A DNA stretch of 64,000 bases from an uncultured virus (IMG/VR IMGVR_UViG_3300031823_000005) (IMGVR_UViG_3300031823_000005); one strand, 5' to 3'. Shown: positions 28,639-41,100, counted from the first letter of the stretch. Translations and numbers: made by a program. Notes: generated by a model from the sequence alone, not told the origin.

Positions 28639-29125
28639 CCCTCTTCCTTTTCATTTCACGATCTATGTGACAAACGGAACAAACAGATTGAACCTTTTCA
28701 TGGTTTTCAGCCGCATATCCAAGATAGTGATCGTACTCATGGCGTTTTCCACCAGGTCTCCAAACATGACCACAATCAACACAAGAAAGTTTGTTAGGAT
28801 GAGGAATGATTCCAACTTCAACAAAATAATTGATTCTTCTACGAGCTTGTAAAGCATCCCCCTCCCTAGCTGGAACAAAAGAACGCCCTCGAAGATGTGC
28901 CCTACCTTTTTTAACGTAAGAATAAAAACCTTTTCTACAAGAAAGACATGCACTAGCAAACCCATCGTAACGACTACTGTCTTTCCCAAAAAGCTTTTGA
29001 TTGAGCCATTTTTTGCACCGATAGCACCATTTCTCACCACGTTTAACTCTACGTTGAAACTCTTCAAATGAAACTCCAGCTTTTTGAGCAACTATTTTTG
29101 AAGCACCTTCTTTGGTTTGAGCCAT
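28631..29125 (-). CDS. HNH-like / zinc-binding endonuclease
   Basis: KWCYRC..CLSC and CVDC..HEYDH..VCSVCH. Confidence 0.6.
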   Translation of the reverse strand: MAQTKEGASKIVAQKAGVSFEEFQRRVKRGEKWCYRCKKWLNQKLFGKDSSRYDGFASACLSCRKGFYSYVKKGRAHLRGRSFVPAREGDALQARRRINYFVEVGIIPHPNKLSCVDCGHVWRPGGKRHEYDHYLGYAAENHEKVQSVCSVCHIDREMKRKRDG

Positions 29126-29573
29126 GAATTCTTATATCATGGACTTATTTCCTCTGTCCACGATATTCCGTGCTTGCCTTGCTTTGCCATTACGATGGCC
29201 TCTTTAGCTCATATCCAAAACGTTTTAATTCAGCTTCGAGCCTTTCCATGTTTTCTTCGAACGTTTTTCCACACTCATGACCAAGAATCCAACAGATCGA
29301 ATCCAAGGAACATCTCAATCTTCCACGAACATCATCCGGGATATAAGGACCATCCTCACCTGTCGCAAGAGGATGAAGTAAATCGTGAACTCGCTGGATT
29401 TCTTCCACTGACCTTACGATTTTCGGCTTGTGCATCAAATTCCCCCACAGTAAGTTCAAAACCACCAGGATGATGCCGTTTTAACCAAATCTTTGCCGCT
29501 GAGATTACTGCTTCTCGTTTTTCGAATCGGATCGTGGTTCCCAATTGAGACGGGTTAACAACATCCTGAATTG

Positions 29574-31187
29574 TTAGGTCTTCACTTCGGAGCCGGCCGT
29601 AGTAATGTTTTGCGTCTTCGAGGATCCCTCGGAAGGTTGAGATTGTGAGGGTCCATCTAATTCGTTTAGCCATTCTTCACTCCTTAGAACGTCGCTGGTT
29701 ACGTAATAAGTCTCCCGCTTCGCCCTGGTCACTGCCACGTATTGAAGGTTCACTTCTTGCTGTTTCTGCCATAGCTGCCGCGCGTATTTACTTGGCATAA
29801 GAAACGGATCCAAAATGAAAACCCGATCGTACTCCAACCCTTTTGCCTTGTGGATCGTGCTCAACGTTAGCTTACCCATGCTCGTATCAGAAAAAAGCGC
29901 ATCGATCGAGGCAAGTAATGTTGGGATATCCGCTTCAATCCCAACCTCGTCAATGAAAACATCGATCGTATCCAGCTTGTCATCCAAAGGAGCAATCTTG
30001 TCTTCATCACCTTTCAATTTAAACTTGATCAACTCCTTCTGACGGTGAAGCTTCATTTTTGAAATCAGGTCCGGAATGCTTACAGCCTTCAATTTTTTGA
30101 CCAGTTTGATCAACCCCTGGCCGATATCGCGGCCGAGGACCTGACAAGGGATTTTGTTACGAATTAAATAGAACGCAATCTCAATCAGCGGTCGAGAATT
30201 CCGACAAATAATGGCATCGGTCGACAAAAAATCTGCCACTTTCCATTTGGCGACGTCTTCAGTAACCTTTCCCTCGATCGCAGACTCATGCGATTGAATA
30301 TGTTTCACAAACTGTTGTGCTTTCTTAACTACCGCTCGAGGACAACGATAAGAAACACTTAGCGGTAGAGACCGGCACCTGAAACGCTTTGCAATCTGAT
30401 TCATAGAATCAGACAGAGCCCCACGAAACCCATAAATCGCTTGGTTAGGATCTCCAACTGCAATCACTCGTGAGGTAGGTTTCCGCATCCGATCAACAAT
30501 TTCCATCTGGATCCCATTGACATCCTGAGATTCATCCAAAAAAATCACGTCGGACTTGTCAAAAACTGCTCCTCCAACGATCGGCATATAAAGCATGTCG
30601 TCATAATCAATCGTTGTCGCAGAAATACCAATTGAAAATCCGAGAATTTCTCTAGCAAGCTCAATACTGCAACCATCTCGATCAAGCTCGTAAAAATCAA
30701 TCATCTCTTCCCAGATAGCATCATCATCCTCAACAAGCCCGGTGTAGGTTTCCTTATGCGAAGCGGGAACAATTCCTGCTCCCTTAGCCAATCCAACCAG
30801 CTTCGACATCTCCGCGCCGTATCGCCACTGATCCTCTTTTTCCAAATATTCCCTGATAATATTCGACGTCTTCCTAGAATCAACTTTGCACTCAAAAGAA
30901 TTTCCGCCAAGGTATTTTCGCCACGCAGAAAATCCAGCAGAATGAAGAGTCATGCACCGCGCATTAGGCGCCGTAATCCGTCGCTTCAATTCATCAGCAA
31001 TCGATTTGTTAAACGCCAAAAAACACACACTCTGATTCGACGGAACATGTTTAATCGCTTCAACGATCGTCGTAGTCTTACCAGAACCGGCCACAGCTTC
31101 AATAATCAAGGAGTCTTTAGTGCGAGCTACCGCTTCAAAAATTGCAGTCTGAAACGGGCTCCACGGCAATTTTACTTGTCCAGCCAT
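29574..31187 (-). CDS. SF1 UvrD/Rep-like helicase
   Basis: AVAGSGKTT, DESQD, VGDPNQAIYGFRGA, SYRCP, STIHKAKGLE, YVAVTRAK. Confidence 0.92.
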   Translation of the reverse strand: MAGQVKLPWSPFQTAIFEAVARTKDSLIIEAVAGSGKTTTIVEAIKHVPSNQSVCFLAFNKSIADELKRRITAPNARCMTLHSAGFSAWRKYLGGNSFECKVDSRKTSNIIREYLEKEDQWRYGAEMSKLVGLAKGAGIVPASHKETYTGLVEDDDAIWEEMIDFYELDRDGCSIELAREILGFSIGISATTIDYDDMLYMPIVGGAVFDKSDVIFLDESQDVNGIQMEIVDRMRKPTSRVIAVGDPNQAIYGFRGALSDSMNQIAKRFRCRSLPLSVSYRCPRAVVKKAQQFVKHIQSHESAIEGKVTEDVAKWKVADFLSTDAIICRNSRPLIEIAFYLIRNKIPCQVLGRDIGQGLIKLVKKLKAVSIPDLISKMKLHRQKELIKFKLKGDEDKIAPLDDKLDTIDVFIDEVGIEADIPTLLASIDALFSDTSMGKLTLSTIHKAKGLEYDRVFILDPFLMPSKYARQLWQKQQEVNLQYVAVTRAKRETYYVTSDVLRSEEWLNELDGPSQSQPSEGSSKTQNITTAGSEVKT

Positions 31188-31372
31188 GCCAACTCCTCTT
31201 CTGTCAGCTTATCCAAATCAATCTCAAGCTGCGGTCTAATTTTGTGTTTTCTCCAAAGATGAAGAAGGATTCCTTTCCTAGTTCGAGTTACACGGACACA
31301 GGGGGAGGTACCGCACTGGAACGCTCGCGGTTTCCCTCCCTCTGCTGGATACAATGGAACGTACAGTGGCAT

Positions 31373-32005
31373 CTAGTCGTCCAAAACGCTGGCATCTCCA
31401 GGAGTTTCCTGTGCCGGGACGTCCTCAGCCGATTCACTCACAAAAAGATCATCGACCGGTTCATCCCCAGGCTCACGTCCCGGAGCACTTCCGGGAGTAC
31501 CTTCAACATCTGCATTGACGTTAATTTCCCGAGTAGGTTCAGCGTCAGTTCCGGTTTGAAGAGGAAGCTCTTCTTGCGTCCCTTGTTCCTTTGCCAACTC
31601 ATCTTCAATTTCAGTTCCGCCAATGTGATCAAACTTCTTCACTTCGATCTTCAGCATCCCGAAATTGTCAACGGACGCATCAGCAAGGATTTTCCCTTGC
31701 AACCCCTCGATCTTTGCCTTTCTCAAAGTGGGAGGTTGCTGTTCGAGAAGGTCAGCAGGGTAATCGAATTTTTTGAGGAAATATCGAGCACGCCATTCAG
31801 CTTTTTTGCTGATATAAACACGCTCGTCAAATTCGAACCCTTTCATTTCGCCATCAATGACAATGAAGGCGATTTGCATGTACGCTTTCTCTTTTTCGGT
31901 GTCTTTGAAACTGCACTTCTTGACCTCGACACAAAAAGCGTACTTCCCGGGTTTGATTTCAATCGGAACCCAATCTTTTGGGCGGAATTCATCCATCTCG
32001 GCCAT
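31373..32005 (-). CDS. DUF669-like ssDNA-binding protein
   Basis: IKPGKY..V...OB-fold-like N-terminus, acidic C-terminal tail. Confidence 0.65.
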   Translation of the reverse strand: MAEMDEFRPKDWVPIEIKPGKYAFCVEVKKCSFKDTEKEKAYMQIAFIVIDGEMKGFEFDERVYISKKAEWRARYFLKKFDYPADLLEQQPPTLRKAKIEGLQGKILADASVDNFGMLKIEVKKFDHIGGTEIEDELAKEQGTQEELPLQTGTDAEPTREINVNADVEGTPGSAPGREPGDEPVDDLFVSESAEDVPAQETPGDASVLDD

Positions 32006-32007
32006 AG

Positions 32008-33213
32008 TTACTTGACCTCCTGGGCTTTATTTCGTTCCTGAGCAAAAATCATCAGCATGTACTCAGCAAGTTCTTGAGTCTGGTCAAGCTCACCTTCGGG
32101 AGCCTTCTCCGATTTGATGAGCATAGCGGTTGGAGCAGACCCGAAACGAGCAAGGGTAGCGGTAATCGCGGCGATCGTCGCATCGATTTCCACCTTTGGT
32201 TTAGTTGCCAATCCACTCGGATCCGTGCAGTTGAGAGCCTTGGCCATGTACGCCAGAATGTTCGCGCTGGAGCACCCAATTTTTAGTGCCAATTCAGCGA
32301 CGATCTCAGAACGCTTCTTCGGTGCGTTCGGAGTAGGTTGTTCAGGAGCTTTTACAGCTTCCTGGCGAGCCTTTTCATTTATTTCCTTTTCGCTTGGGAT
32401 ACTGGCCTTCGGAACGCCAGTTTCAGCCGGTTTAGCAGCCGGGGCTGCCGCCTTGGGTGCCGTCGCAGGCTTTGGTGCTTCAGCCGGCTTTTCTGCCGGT
32501 TTCGGCGCCGCGGCCGGGGCTTGTGCTGGCTTCGCAGCGTCTTTCTTTTGTTCCTGGGGCTGTGCTGTGCCAGTAGAAGGAAGAGGAGAATGGTCAGAAA
32601 GCAAAGCCACATCCCTGGCTTCGCCATCGATCTCTTCCGGATCACGGAATTCCATCGACAAAAGTTTCTTGTGTAGGCGTCCTTCCGCTTTGGTGATACA
32701 TTCGCGTTCTGCGAATCGCATCTTCCTGTTCATCAACTGTTTCAATTCCATGATGTCAACGATGTCTTCAAGAACAGGAATACCATCTTGAATAACGGCC
32801 TTCCCATCCTTTTTGACAAGTGGGCATCCGTTTTGATGGCGCTTACAACCCTTGGCAACTCGATCCCACACATACGACTGAAATTCCATGTCGAATACGA
32901 TGGTCACAACATCTTCCTTCACCATCGAAGGATCTTTTCTCAGCCACGCCTGCACTTTAGCGGTAGCCTGAGTCATGTTCACACTGGATTCGAGAACCTT
33001 AGTGGCAATCCCTCCAGCTTTGTTAGCGTAGTACTGCAAAGCTTTACTATCGGGTTCCATACGTTTTCCGCCGCCACGAGCCGGAACCTCGTAAAAATTC
33101 GCACTGGTAATTTCCGAAAGTTCCTTCTCCATTTGCTCAACGAGAGTAAGAGTTTTCTTCTCGTCGGCTTTTGAAGCCGGGGCCGGAAGTGCTGCTTTTG
33201 CTTTTTCTGCCAT
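32008..33213 (-). CDS. hypothetical protein (possible single-strand annealing protein) with Ala/Pro/Lys linker
   Basis: first gene of the operon, next to the SSB; low-complexity PA/K linker. Confidence 0.55.
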   Translation of the reverse strand: MAEKAKAALPAPASKADEKKTLTLVEQMEKELSEITSANFYEVPARGGGKRMEPDSKALQYYANKAGGIATKVLESSVNMTQATAKVQAWLRKDPSMVKEDVVTIVFDMEFQSYVWDRVAKGCKRHQNGCPLVKKDGKAVIQDGIPVLEDIVDIMELKQLMNRKMRFAERECITKAEGRLHKKLLSMEFRDPEEIDGEARDVALLSDHSPLPSTGTAQPQEQKKDAAKPAQAPAAAPKPAEKPAEAPKPATAPKAAAPAAKPAETGVPKASIPSEKEINEKARQEAVKAPEQPTPNAPKKRSEIVAELALKIGCSSANILAYMAKALNCTDPSGLATKPKVEIDATIAAITATLARFGSAPTAMLIKSEKAPEGELDQTQELAEYMLMIFAQERNKAQEVK

Positions 33214-33283
33214 TTTCCCTTCTTTCTATGAAATCTAAATTCGCCCTGCATTCTCCATGTAATCAAAAAATCAATCAACTTCC

Positions 33284-33369
33284 CGCTTGCTGTTTGTTTT
33301 ATACTCCGCTTGCTGTTAGGATGCAAGGGTTATTTTAACTTGCTTCATACTCGCTTGCTGTGGCAAAAT
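33284..33369. promoter_or_regulatory. divergent promoters with three CGCTTGCTGT boxes
   Basis: - strand TTGCAT-17-TATAAA (33326 to 33298); + strand TTGCTT-18-CAAAAT; boxes at 33284, 33307, 33352. Confidence 0.65.
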
Positions 33370-33377
33370 CATCCAGT

Positions 33378-33557
33378 ATGACAACCGCTCAATTATCAAG
33401 AAAAATGTCGAAGTTAGGCCAAAAAGGTGGAACCGCTACAAAACGGAAAAAAGGTAAGAAGTTTTTCCGTGAAATCTCTTTAAAGAGAAAGCACTTCCGC
33501 GGTGGCAGAAAACCCTCAGTCCCCAAACCATTCGACGCAACAACTCTTGACGATTAA
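33378..33557 (+). CDS. small basic protein (KGG-like motif)
   Basis: SKLGQKGG...FFREI. Confidence 0.55.
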   Translation: MTTAQLSRKMSKLGQKGGTATKRKKGKKFFREISLKRKHFRGGRKPSVPKPFDATTLDD

Positions 33558-34053
33558 AGAGGTTGCCGCGCTGTATGGCCTCGATATCACAACTATCCGC
33601 CGTCGTATCCATTCCGGTGAGCTTCAAGCAGTAAAAAAGCCTGGAGCTAAATCAAAAAACTCACAATGGTTCGTTATCGATCCCGGTTGGCAACAGGTCT
33701 CCCTGAGCGATCACCACAAAGTTGGTGAATTCTCGGTTGACGATACACATATCTTACTCGGATCAGAAGTGGCCTTACTCCTCGGAGTGATACCCCGCAC
33801 TGTTAGGAAAATGGCTGAAGATGGACGCCTAGGATTCGTAAGGACCGGCAAATACGGCCGTAGCCACCGTCGCTACAGCATCACAGACGTTCGCAAAGCC
33901 CTCGTTACCATACAAAAGGGATCCTTCCAGACAAAACGACCGAAACGGACAGAGACTAGGGCTGCGGTTCTGAAGTGGGCGAAGGAGCGATTGGCAGCGG
34001 ATCTACCGCAAACTGAAACTCCTTCCACACAGCCGGAAGCCCCCCCTCAGTAA
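33502..34053 (+). CDS. tandem excisionase/MerR-like HTH DNA-binding protein
   Basis: LLTIKEVAALYGLDITTIRRRIHSGEL and EVALLLGVIPRTVRKMAEDGRL. Confidence 0.8.
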   Translation: MAENPQSPNHSTQQLLTIKEVAALYGLDITTIRRRIHSGELQAVKKPGAKSKNSQWFVIDPGWQQVSLSDHHKVGEFSVDDTHILLGSEVALLLGVIPRTVRKMAEDGRLGFVRTGKYGRSHRRYSITDVRKALVTIQKGSFQTKRPKRTETRAAVLKWAKERLAADLPQTETPSTQPEAPPQ

Positions 34054-34480
34054 ACAAATAACGCATATTGTCGTCCGGATCTGGTTCAACCTCGATCGGG
34101 TAAAGATGGGGATTATCCGGGAAGGTTCTCCATTGCGCCCCTTCGGACAATTTAAAAATCAACGCTGTTGCTAGAAGGTTTTTCCAATTGGCATCCCCAA
34201 TCACCCAATCAGGTTGACCATTCTGAAGGAATGGCGCCACGTCGACGGCAAGCCCAAAGTTATGCATTGAATAGCCGGCTTGAGCATTCGTAACGATCTT
34301 TCCGGCCGTGGTACGACCCTGCTGGTAGAGAGCATTCTGTTGCGGCCACGTTCGAAGACCTTGGATTACACGGATGTCGACACTCGGAGTACTTGCAAGG
34401 AGAAAAACTGACAAAGCCCTGACACGTCGAGCTAGTTCTGGATGAACCTGAGAAAGCCGTGCTTCAGAAGTGAGATCCAT
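33956..34480 (-). CDS. endolysin, M15 L-Ala-D-Glu peptidase
   Basis: GLRT..QQNALYQQGRT..GKIVTNA..GYSMHNFGLAVD...DNPH. Confidence 0.9.
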   Translation of the reverse strand: MDLTSEARLSQVHPELARRVRALSVFLLASTPSVDIRVIQGLRTWPQQNALYQQGRTTAGKIVTNAQAGYSMHNFGLAVDVAPFLQNGQPDWVIGDANWKNLLATALIFKLSEGAQWRTFPDNPHLYPIEVEPDPDDNMRYLFTEGGLPAVWKEFQFAVDPLPIAPSPTSEPQP

Positions 34481-34801
34481 TTAAATTTTCTTTGGACCGT
34501 ATCGAATACCACCGCTAGTCAACGGAACACTCGGACCGTCATCATCCTCAATGTGAATGTGAGGAGGATTAAACTCCAAGGTTTTGTTGATTTTTTCTAA
34601 AGCTTTTTGATTTTCACTATGCCGTCTATTCTGTTCCTCTTCACGAACTTCTGCCAATTTCGCATTTGCTTTACGATCACTGCGTTTCACCGAGGCTATA
34701 TAAATCATCACAGGAATTACACACGAAGCGCCCGCAGTAAGAGCAACTCCAACCATTTCCCAAAAATGTGCAGAAGCAGATTCAGTAAGAGTCTGTATCA
34801 T
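34481..34801 (-). CDS. membrane protein, holin candidate
   Basis: one TM segment plus coiled coil, adjacent to the endolysin. Confidence 0.5.
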   Translation of the reverse strand: MIQTLTESASAHFWEMVGVALTAGASCVIPVMIYIASVKRSDRKANAKLAEVREEEQNRRHSENQKALEKINKTLEFNPPHIHIEDDDGPSVPLTSGGIRYGPKKI

Positions 34802-35094
34802 TGGCCCTCTTTTTTATTTTGTGGAGGAGCAATAACCAATCCACCGTCAGGTTGACGTTGGGCAGAGGGATTTGCAGAGGTTACAGACCACTGCAACAGG
34901 ATTGGTCCCCAAACCATCGCTTCACGGACAGCAACAGTACTCAAAAACGACCAGCCAAATTGAATCCAATCATGCCTGGAAGTAAAATTGAAACTTCCTG
35001 TGAAAAGAATCTTCAGTATTCCACTGACCAAGATAGCATTGACCGCATTTTTCAACGAAATAACCAAGAAGTTTTTCACTTGAGCGTTCATCAC
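34798..35094 (-). CDS. membrane protein, holin candidate
   Basis: two hydrophobic segments in the lysis cassette. Confidence 0.5.
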   Translation of the reverse strand: MMNAQVKNFLVISLKNAVNAILVSGILKILFTGSFNFTSRHDWIQFGWSFLSTVAVREAMVWGPILLQWSVTSANPSAQRQPDGGLVIAPPQNKKEGQ

Positions 35095-35103
35095 CTTCTC
35101 CTT

Positions 35104-38100
35104 TTATTGAGGCAACGGCTCGAACTGAAATTTCTCGGCCGGTGGAGTCTCGAAATCAACGTCTCGATGGTGTTTTCTTGGTTTAGTAATCGTCACTTTC
35201 TGATATGGATCGACCTGCCTTGCAGCGAAGCCGGCACCAGGAGTAAAACTTCCAAAGAAATCAAACGCCCAAGACTTCCATTCATCTTCCTTGGCGGTGC
35301 CATTCAACGTCTTACGAATTAAATCTATCGTATCGGCAGCAAACATGATCGGAGGAGATAACAACCTGCCCATATGAAAGGGCCAAAAACGACTAAAAAG
35401 CGGACCGCCGATACCGGCCGCTACTGCTGCCGCCCCTGCTAATGAAACCAGAATTCTTCTGTATTTAGCAACAGCATCTATGTACTCATAGTTCCCTTTA
35501 GATACCTGTTCCTGAATGTACGCTTCAGGATCCGGATGATCCTTAACTTCTTTAGCGACTTTTCGGATCGTTGAAACGAACTCAGCTTCGCGGAACAAGA
35601 AATGTTTGAACATTCCGAGAACCGGATGCTCACGTTGCCACATCTGAACATGTCCAGGTGTGTAAAGAAATTCGCTACGTGCCATAACACTGCTGGCGTA
35701 ATCAAAAGCTTTCTCTGTATCCACACCATTTGCCGCTAACTCGTTCAAACGCTTCCAGGTAATCTCACCAACAGCTTCTTTCGGGCCAAGGAAACCCATA
35801 TCTTTTGCTTTTTCTAATGCCGCAAGATACGACACACTACGATCGATGAAATCACTCATCGACGTCGTAAGCCGCAACCAACCCTGTGGTCTCTTTTTCA
35901 ATTCATAAAAAGTTTCAGGGAATGCCCAAAGCCGATCCATCAACAAACCAGAACGTGCAACGAGCTCTCGGCCTTCGTCCGTCATCATTCGTGAGTATCC
36001 TTTTCTCAAATACTCACCACCATTTTTCCCAAGTTCAGGCAAGGTATTGATCGGGACTTTGGTCAAATGCATGGTGTACCAAAGCGGATTCAATTCAAGA
36101 GCCGAAGCATACGTTAAATTCGTGATCGTTCTGGCAATGTTAAAGCGAGCCCGATCCATACGCTTGTATTCACTCGGAACACCAAAAAAGATTCGCGCGT
36201 ACTTTGTCGAATATTCTTTCAGCATTGAATCCGGGATCTCTGCTAGATTCCGTGCTACCTGCCTCGAGAGTTTTGTGTAGTGTTTTACTCGCAACATGCT
36301 CGGCAAATAGGCTTCCAAAACATCATCGATATCCCAGGTCTTTGGAGGCTCACCGCGACGCCGCAAAGTATGAGGAGAAAAAGGATCCCGCGTCATTGAT
36401 CTACGAACATCCAAACTAAATTGAGAAATCAAATCGGCAGGAACCTTGCCATTCAACTCTGGATACAGCGACGAAACCATGTCTTCCATGGTCTTGATAA
36501 CAGCCGAATACTTCCGGCGATATCCAACTTCAGGACGAACATTTCTGACAGCTTCAATCACTGGCTCATAAATCATGTCCCGAAGCTTTTGTGCAGCGGC
36601 CAACTCATTCTCTTTGAATAGGCTTCCATCAAGCCACTTCGACGGTTGTCCCAACAGAGACATCATCGACGTTCCCTGGTCAGTCATACGAAGGGCTTGA
36701 TCAACTTTACGTCGACCAATTGGATCGTTGATCAGATCATATTCCTGCAAGATCTTAGTTTTTTCGTACTGCATATTCCCAAGATCCCGCTTATAAACCT
36801 GTTCCGCGTGAGTGATACTGTCGACCATCTTCTTGGTTTCTGGAAACTGTCGTAAAACGTACGGCGCGGTGTGCATTTGAGCAAGCCAAGAACGAACTCC
36901 GACTTCCGCTTTTGCAAGACGATCGATCATCCCAATTGGGACGCCCCACTCCCCAAAATGCTTTTCAGCAAACTCGTAAACACGTTGCATAACTTTCGGT
37001 GCTGCAAGGTCATCACGACGAACTTCAGAATCACCCGGCCGTTGGACCTGCTGCGTGCCGTACACCTCGCCTGGAGGCACTGGTGGCCTTTCCCCACCAC
37101 CTTCAAGACCCATAGTGGCCATATTTTCATCGTTAACCTGATCCAGTAACCGAGGATCCGAAATTTCTCGTTCTGTCTGCTCAGGAACAAATGGTCGACG
37201 CAATACCGAAGCCGACTTCTCGTCATTTTCCACAAACGCTTCGTCTGGACTCGGAAGATCTGGAGGCAGGGATGGAATATCTTCCTCTTGGTGAAGCTTT
37301 ACAGGACCCATAGAAGGCGGTTCATCCAGTGGCCGGCGCCGTTCTACCTGCATACCTTTATTTTTGGCAGTCTCAGCAGAAGAAACAGGAGCTTCTTTGT
37401 AAGAAGAAACAGCCGACGTCTGAAGAGTGTTCATAAACTGATCGAACCCAATAGTCGTATCGTTTCCAAACTCATACGCAAGATAAGCGTCAAGATCTTT
37501 CATCGCACCGACAATTGGATCTGATTTTTTAATCCCACTTACCGAGGCTTTCAAAGATTCAAATCTAGGAAGAACTTTTTGGAAAATCAGCTTCATTTCC
37601 GGCTGTGCGTTACTGGTCAAAAAGTAGGCGTTTACGTTTGATTTGGTTCCGAATCGCCATGGTCTTCCGATAGCTTGATCGAACATGACACCTGACCACG
37701 GAGGTCCGAGATAAATAACCGCTCTAGGAGCTTCACCGGACAGGTCGTGGAGACTAACTCCGACGCCTCCTGCTCCATACGTCGCAATGAGATGTTTTTT
37801 ACCCCCACGGTTAAATTCATCAAGGTCTGATTGTCGCCTAGCAGAATGGGCGCCCGTAAAATCCGCAAGGTCTTCACCGAAAGCCTCCTTCAGTGTGTCA
37901 ACGACAGACGGTAGCTTTGGAAGCTTTTCGGAAATCGCACCATCAAAAGCTTCATCGGCAGGCTTCAGGAAATCATAAATTTCGTTGACTTCTTTTTTGC
38001 TTTCCGTGAAATAAATCACCTTCCATCCTTCACGGTCCAACTTTTTACCTAGCTCAATTGCTTCTGGGAGTCGTTGACGTTCCAAGAAAGACTTCATGAA

Positions 38101-41100
38101 CGTCGCAGCATTCCCACGAACTGCCATGATCATTTTCTGCAATCCTTTTTGACGGAAATATTCCTCCGCCAAACGGAATGCTTGTGTTGCATTTCTTACA
38201 CCCTCCATTGTTTGCTGTGTCATCGGAACAACAGAAAAATTAGCCGTGTATCCTTCCATATTGCGATCGAGATTTACGAACATCCCTCGATTAATCAATT
38301 CATCGCGCAACGCAGCAAGTTTCCGGTAATTCATCGGAACTACCCACTTGCCACCTTCACCTTGCCGCACACCAAATTCTTTTGCTAACCAGGGCTCGAG
38401 CCCGGTTTTCTTCCAGAGACCAAGTTTTCCAAGATATCCAACTTCCAGTGGAGTATGGAAAGCAGTTGCCGAAGCATACACAACATCAGTCGAATGATTT
38501 GCAGCTTCAATCAAAAACTTCCCGCGCTGATTCGATGGATCATGCCACCGACGAGCATAATGCGACTCATCAGCAATTAGCATGTCCCAATTGATTTTGT
38601 CTAATCCTTCACGATTTGATGCCGTAGAGTAAGTGACTGTATAAATTCCAGGCTCAGTCGGAAGAGTCTTCTCCAATGGCTTAACTTCAACACTAAAAAG
38701 TTGCGCCGTATCAGCCCACTGTTTTGCAATATTCTGACTCGGTGCCACAATCAACGCCATCCGCGGCCGCTTCTCCGCAAGAATCGCGGAACCCATATAG
38801 GTTTTGCCGGTCCCGGTCGACGTTGCTAGTACTGCTCCGTGGTATTTTCTGAGCGAAGTGAGAACGGTTTGAACAATCTCTGGCTGCCCTTTGAACGCAA
38901 GCTTGGCCTCAACTTGGGGCGAGAGGGTCTCCGTGGGCGGCGGGAGATTCTCCGGGAGTTTCGCATCTTTCAACCTACCTTTCCATTCGGTCGGTTCAAC
39001 CGTATATGGGATATCCGTAATGTGATCAACGTCTAGCTTGGGGGTTTGGACAGCCCGTAACGGCTGCTCAAATCGCTCGACAACTCCTGATCCTCCAACT
39101 CCCTCTCCAGTAGGTCTAACTGCTCGTCCGGAGGCTGGTTTTCCAATTCCACGCTCGGATCCGGTGGCTTCTCTAGGATCTTGTCTAACTGCCTCACGTC
39201 TTTCAGGCCGAGTGCTAACATCAACTTTTTCTCGAGGTGGGACGCTTGGCGGTCTTTCCTCTCTTGCTTGTGATGGGCCACGCCGTACCTCCTCTACTCC
39301 TGGTGGAAGAACAATTTGTCTAACAGGCTCAAACAGATTTCGTTGATCAGGCGTCTTTGCCTCAATCTTGCCGCGATTGAGCATATGATCATAAGCGTGT
39401 TGCAAAATTGGACGGACAGTCTCACCAAACTCAGATACAAGCTTCCTGGACAAAGAAGCGAATTCACGCATCCCGCCTTCGAAGTAGTAGCCCATGATCT
39501 CGGAAACATCACGGACTAGTTCCGGATCGACGCCGGAATGCAAGGTTGTACCGAGTCTTTTACGAAGCCGTTCACGCGCGGACTCAGCACGCGCCTTCGT
39601 AAAAATAGCGTTATTGTCGCCAAATCCCTTCTCAGGACGATCAAGAATCTTCCGACGTTCCATTTCATCCCGGAATGGCTTGTACTGCGCCTCAAGCTGT
39701 TCCCTGGCAGGAGGTGTAATTCCAGACCGTCTCATTTGAGACTCAATGGATTTTGCGGCCGTACGAACATCATCGTCAGTCATTCCACGGAGCGATTCCC
39801 CTAAAGACTTACGCGGAGGTTTATCAATAGGTTCGTATCTCTTTTTAGGACCCGGCTCTGGAATTTCAATCTCTCGTTTTTTTTGCTCTACTTTCGGTTC
39901 TCCGAGAAGCTTGGATACCGCATCGATGTTTTTCTTAGTAGATTCAATTTCTTCAGCGATTCTTTCTTTGGCAACAACAACAGGATCCGCTTCAGGATTC
40001 TCTTCTTTCAGGACTTCTAAATCATCGGTGCCGGCATAAACTTCTTGAACACCTTCAAGCCCTTTCTCATTAACAACCCTCAAAGCATCTTCATAAGCCT
40101 CAAGCTCTCCCTCGAGGCGCTTCTTTCCAACTTCAAGTTTTGGACGATCGGCTGCCTTGACATCAGGAGGAAGATCTAACGGTCTTGGTTTTACCTTCGA
40201 AGACAAATCTGGAGGAGGAGTTAAAATACGATCGAAAACCTTCTTGATTTCCGGAGAAAACTTCATGCTCAACGGACTATCTTTTAGAACCCTATAAATC
40301 CCAGACATCCATTCCTTGAACTTGTCAAAAATTCCACGCAACCCCTCATGTGGAGTTTCACCATCGCGTAGATACCGTTCAAATCCACGCGCAAATTTCT
40401 CTTCCGCTTTAACTGGCCATACCGCTCCATACTCAGGATCGTATTTCACCCCGGCCCAATCATGCAGGGCCATCCACTCTTTATTTGACAACTCTTTCCC
40501 GAGATCCCTACGGAAAATATGAGCTAATTCATGTACCAAAGCTGCAACAGAAGGATTGTTTTTTTGGAAAGCACGGATGATCGTACGACCATCATCCATA
40601 AACTCAACATGAGCTTTTACCCTGGTTTTTCTGATCGAAAGTTTTTGCTCACCAACACGAACCAAATCCTGATCTTCACCAGACGCTTGATGTCCTTCTA
40701 CAGAAAGCTTCTTTTCCTCAATCCATTTATCAAGAGGCTTTCCAACTGTTCGCGCACGCGCCTCCATGATGCCCATCACTGCATCCATCTGTTCCGAAGA
40801 TATATCCGGAAACGCTGCTTCAGCTTGCATTCGGAATACAGCAGACGGAGATCCAGCCAATTCTGGAGGCGTACCAATCTCACCAAGATCAATACGCTCT
40901 TCAGGCTCTTCGGTTTTCCGACGAGCTACTTCTTCATCAAAAATTTCACCGATCGATGGAGGAGGTTCAATGGGTGCCGGCGCCAAAACTTCATCTTCCC
41001 TCTCGGAAGCAGCGCCGGCATCTTGTGGGGTACTGCCCTTCGCAGTGCTACTGATTGGCCTTAATGTACCCCAATCCTGGGGCTTAACGTCAACACCAAA

